DNA of 32,000 nt from Archaeoglobus fulgidus DSM 4304 (GTDB taxonomy: Archaea; Halobacteriota; Archaeoglobi; Archaeoglobales; Archaeoglobaceae). Position 1 is the stretch's first letter; each line of letters starts with the position of its first letter. The stretch spans positions 2,146,401 through 2,178,400 of the forward strand of contig NC_000917.1 in the NCBI RefSeq assembly GCF_000008665.1, written 5' to 3'. Both the position numbers and the translations under genes were made by a program. This document shows positions 28,918 to 32,000 of the stretch, in pieces. Under the pieces are notes generated by a model. It had not been told where the DNA came from and did not search any database. It worked only from the letters and a program-made list of their open reading frames with translations.

Positions 28918-29103
28918 ATTGCCTGACCTCAGGGGCAAAATTTAACTTTTCCCACCGAGGCCAGATGTAATAAAAAAGAGTTTTATGGTGCGGAGGTTTT
29001 TATACCGCTCGAAGACTACACCGCCGAAGAAGCTCTGAAATCATACAAAATTCGTGGTGGAAGTCGTGAAGAAGGCTTATGACGTGAAATAACGTTTTAA
29101 ATT

Positions 29104-29547
29104 TTACGGAAAAACTGAGCCCCCATCTTTCAAAATCTCCAGCAACCTCTTCCTCCTCTCAATCGCCTCCATCTTCTCTCTGTAGCTACTGTGGTAGCTT
29201 ATCCTGTGCCTCACATCCTCCCACATCTTTCTCCAGTGGTAGAAGTACTCAGATATTTCAAGCTCGTCACCGAACAAAACGATGTAGTTCTCCATAACGG
29301 ATGCTTTCACCTTCAAGGGCAAAAGCTCGAAAACACGAACATCGTAAATCGGCTTAGCCTTCCATAGCTCTTTCTGAATCTCAAAATTTCTCTTCCTGTC
29401 CTTGACCCTCGTTATAACTGCCACATCAATATCCGAGCCCTCCCTATACTCTCCAGTGACATAGGAGCCGTAAATGACGGCCTCGTATCTGGAAAACTCC
29501 CTGAGGTCTTTCCTTATCTGCTCAAGGCTCAATTTTTTCGAGGACAT
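29104..29547 (-). CDS. mntA: Minimal nucleotidyltransferase (Pol-beta superfamily), MntA-like antitoxin candidate
   Basis: GSx(n)SDxD motif as IYGSYVTGEYREGSDIDVAV. A strong SD (GGTGGAGG) lies immediately 5' of the ATG. It overlaps the upstream DUF86 gene by 26 nt. Confidence 0.8.
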   Translation of the reverse strand: MSSKKLSLEQIRKDLREFSRYEAVIYGSYVTGEYREGSDIDVAVITRVKDRKRNFEIQKELWKAKPIYDVRVFELLPLKVKASVMENYIVLFGDELEISEYFYHWRKMWEDVRHRISYHSSYREKMEAIERRKRLLEILKDGGSVFP

Positions 29548-29920
29548 CCTCCACCCTCTGAATAAACTTCAGCAGGAGAGCTTTGACCTCTTCCACAGAG
29601 CTGAGAACGAGTTCCTTGTCCACTCTGTTGTATCTATGCACCAGCCAGTTCCTTAGTCCGTTGCACTTTTTCAGACCTTCTGCAAGCTCTTCATCGATTA
29701 TGCCAAGCTCTTTCAGCATTTCCACATTCGAGTAATCATCCTCCACCCTCCCACCGAGGTCTTTGACGAGCATTGCGGATATGTCCATGGCTGACTCGAT
29801 GGAGGTCAGGAGATTGTAAAAAACGCCGCTTACCTCAATCGGAGTCTTAACTCTCTCGGGTATCTCGCTCAAAGCCTCCACAATATACTCAATTTTTTCC
29901 AGATATCTCTCCCGCCTCAA
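29522..29920 (-). CDS. hepT: DUF86/HepT-type HEPN-domain protein (putative RNase toxin)
   Basis: HEPN Rx4-6H motif as GLRNWLVHRYN. 132 aa, helical. TTG start in the track. Confidence 0.82.
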   Translation of the reverse strand: MRRERYLEKIEYIVEALSEIPERVKTPIEVSGVFYNLLTSIESAMDISAMLVKDLGGRVEDDYSNVEMLKELGIIDEELAEGLKKCNGLRNWLVHRYNRVDKELVLSSVEEVKALLLKFIQRVEDVLEKIEP

Positions 29921-29997
29921 CTTTATTCCCTTGTCTCAATTCTATTTATTATTTTTCCTTATTATCTTTCAGAGCTTCAATCATCGTTTTAGCGGAC

Positions 29998-30276
29998 CTA
30001 AATCACTTCCTCACCGCCGAGCCCTTTCTCTATCCCCATAACTTCCCTTTTGAAGGCATCAGCGCTTCTGAAGCGATAGATGACCACCATATCTTCATCC
30101 TCGTTTATTATCTCCCTCAGACCCATTTTAACCTCTTCAAGATCAGCGGAGCTGAGCTCCCCCTCGAAAAGGGAGTTCTGAACCCAATTCAAATAGCGCC
30201 TCAAAAACTTCTTGACCCTGTTCACCCTCTCAACGTTCACGTCGTAGGCAACTATGACGTACACAATCACCACCAC
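29998..30276 (-). CDS. cas2: CRISPR-associated endoribonuclease Cas2
   Basis: [36 protein letters not shown] is the classic Cas2 N-terminal beta1-alpha1 pattern. GTG start overlaps the cas1 stop. Confidence 0.9.
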
Positions 30277-31235
30277 ATAACGAACGGTGAGTATTTCTCA
30301 ACGGCCGTAAAGTGCTTGACAAGCTTGTAGCATTCGAGCCTTATAAGGCGCTGGTAAGACACTTTCCTGTTTAGCTTTCTGTGCTTGACGGTCTTCTCAA
30401 GCCTCTCGTTGAAGTGCCTGACGAACTTCTTTTTCCCCTCCTCGCTGAGCAAAATCCCGCCGAGCCTGCTGTCGAAGTCTGATTCAGTAACAATCCCGTT
30501 GTTCACCAAGTAGAAAATCAGCCTGTCAACAATTACGGGCTTGAAAAGCTCGGCAATGTCGAGGGCGAGACTGAATCTTCTCTCAGACGGCTCGTGGAGG
30601 TAGCTTATTGCCGGATTTAGCTGGGTGTGGTAAATTTCAGAAAGAACGGCCGAGTAAAGCAGGGAATTTCCAAAGCTGATCATCGCATTCACTTCATTTT
30701 CAGGAGGCATTCTGCTCCTCTTCCCGAACTCAAAATTTTTGAGTATTTCATCGAATTTAGTGTAGTAGGCGTTTCTCGCAGCAGCCTCTGCCCCCATAAG
30801 CTCAACAATGCTTTTAGCAGAGCTCAGATGCTGCAGAGATGCGATGACGTCTGAGTCATCCTGCTCCGCCTTCTTCAGAACCCTTGCCATATTGAGAATA
30901 GCTCCCTCCACAAAAGCTCTGGCAAGGTGCAGCCTCTTCTCGCTGTCAAGGTGATGCTCAGCCTGCCTCAAAACAACCTCACCCGAAACGAGGCTCTCCC
31001 TCGGATAGAATGAGCCGATATAGTAGCCGTAACGGTTGAAGAAGTGGATGCAAACTCCTTCCTTTGCAAGAAGGCTTATTGCTTTGGAAGTTATGCTCAA
31101 AGAGCCAAGAGCGTAGATTGCGTAGATTGAGTTGATAGGAATTGGCCTTTTGCCATCCTCATTCTCAAAGTAAATGGTGTTCTCGTGCCTTCTCAGCTTC
31201 CCATCAGACACGAGGTAGTAATTTTTCTTTCTCAT
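30267..31235 (-). CDS. cas1: CRISPR-associated integrase Cas1
   Basis: The ATG at 31235 ([16 protein letters not shown]...) is preferred. The track's upstream extension to 31340 overlaps cas4 and is Arg/Ser-rich junk. Cas1 motifs: [30 protein letters not shown] and [10 protein letters not shown]. Confidence 0.93.
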
Positions 31236-31242
31236 GGCCCGA

Positions 31243-31746
31243 TCACGAAAAGCACAGCTCGTAGTAGGCGCACTTCGTGCAGTAGCTCTTCTTCTCAGGC
31301 TTTGGCATTGATGAGCTCTTGATTGCCTTAATCTCTTCAAGAATGCTTTTCAACTTCACCAGTAAATTCTCGTCCAGCTCCACACTTACATTTTTCCTGC
31401 TCTTCGGATAGCTTATCCTCCCCCTCGCCCTAACACCGTGCTTTGAGAGGTAGTAAAGGTAGTAGGCAAGCTGATAATAGTCGGCCTTCTCCATCCTGTC
31501 TGACTTCTTGACCTCAACAACCTCCAGCTCCTCCCCCCGCCTCACGATGTCCAGAGCCACCCTGCCAATCCGAACCTCCTTGTCGTCTCTGCTGAAATGC
31601 TGCCTGTGAACAAGCTTTCCCAGCTTAACAGAGTCGCTCTCATGCTCCATGGCAATGTTGCGGGAGAAAAGCCACAGCTTTGTTTTGCAAACGAAGTAGT
31701 AGCTCACCTCCGTTCCCCTTACAAATAGCTCTCCCTCAACAACCAT
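31243..31746 (-). CDS. cas4: CRISPR-associated RecB-like exonuclease Cas4
   Basis: N-terminal Cys ([10 protein letters not shown]) plus C-terminal [10 protein letters not shown] form the 4-Cys Fe-S pattern. RecB nuclease core: DIV...ELEVVEVK. Its stop lies 7 nt before the cas1 start. Confidence 0.9.
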
Positions 31747-31761
31747 GATTAAAATATTCGT

Positions 31762-31780
31762 TTGTTATCATATATAACAA
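31762..31780. promoter_or_regulatory. Inverted repeat TTGTTAT-catat-ATAACAA overlapping a TATA-like element 16-34 nt upstream of the cas4 start; candidate cas promoter/operator
   Basis: Read directly. The 7-bp arms are exact reverse complements. The centre ATATAT lies about 25 nt from the cas4 ATG (31746). Confidence 0.35.
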
Positions 31781-31825
31781 TTGCGATTCCTGCGGAAATA
31801 GTCTGGATTTGGAAAATTCGGTTCT

Positions 31826-31970
31826 TTGAGTGTTTGAATGTGTTGGAAAAAGCTATAAGGGGTTGTCACAGTAATTTATCTTGAGTTTTAATTGGGTAGA
31901 ATTATGTTTTATATTTGGTTGTTTTTGAGATTGGGTTGAGTTGGTTATTATTTGAGTGGTAAAGCTTGAG
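31826..31970 (+). repeat. Six dispersed TTGAG pentamers inside a C-depleted G/T-rich non-coding stretch (possible CRISPR leader or cas upstream control region)
   Basis: TTGAG at 31826, 31881, 31925, 31936, 31952 and 31966 (start positions, hand-located). No ORF of note on either strand. Confidence 0.4.
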
Positions 31971-32000
31971 GAAAAGATTTTAAAGCAAAAATGTATTCAG

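Noticed and set aside
29921-29997. C/D-box sRNA candidate in the cas2-hepT spacer (minus strand ...GATGATTGAAGCTCTGAAAG...)
   Set aside because: The C-box-like element deviates from RUGAUGA. The CUGA lies only about 6 nt away, so there is no room for a guide. No second C'/D' pair is present.
31236-31340. N-terminal 35-codon extension of cas1 in the ORF track ([23 protein letters not shown]...)
   Set aside because: The extension overlaps the cas4 3' end, is Arg/Ser-rich and unlike Cas1. The internal ATG at 31235 gives the canonical Cas1 N-terminus and a 7-nt cas4-cas1 spacing.

Overview
This window reads as a compact euryarchaeal chromosome segment. The gene set, the AGG/AGA-rich codon usage and a Rio2 kinase sequence I recognise point to Archaeoglobus, but that is recognition, not a database search. 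About 36 protein-coding genes are packed tightly, with many ATGA-type stop/start overlaps. I found no rRNA, tRNA, IS element or CRISPR array inside the window.

Most genes are housekeeping or metabolic:
- Translation and cofactor genes: elp3 (5'-truncated), thiC, leuS and pdaD.
- The archaeal mevalonate-entry operon: HTH regulator, HMG-CoA synthase, thiolase and DUF35.
- rio2 and a MoxR/DUF58 cluster.

Accessory or unusual parts:
1. A cas4-cas1-cas2 adaptation cassette (31746->29998, minus strand) is followed on the same strand by a HepT(DUF86)/MntA toxin-antitoxin pair. Upstream of it lies a strongly C-depleted region rich in TTGAG that runs off the window end and may be a CRISPR leader.
2. 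A translationally coupled operon encodes a PAS-PAS-GAF sensor, a CheY-like receiver and a short ERCC4/XPF nuclease. The sensor has a His-less DHp-like tail and no ATPase domain.
3. An MBL-fold hydrolase gene sits directly upstream of, and in frame with, a DEAD/DEAH helicase carrying a C-terminal DUF1998 Cys cluster.
4. rio2 is translationally coupled to a COG2433/DUF460-type double RNase-H-fold protein.
5. A metallophosphoesterase is fused to an LMW-PTP/ArsC-like domain whose nucleophile Cys is Ser.
6. The HMG-CoA synthase reading frame is broken by an apparent 1-nt deletion.

None of these is proven to be a new system from sequence alone. All functional links are inferences from gene order and motifs.
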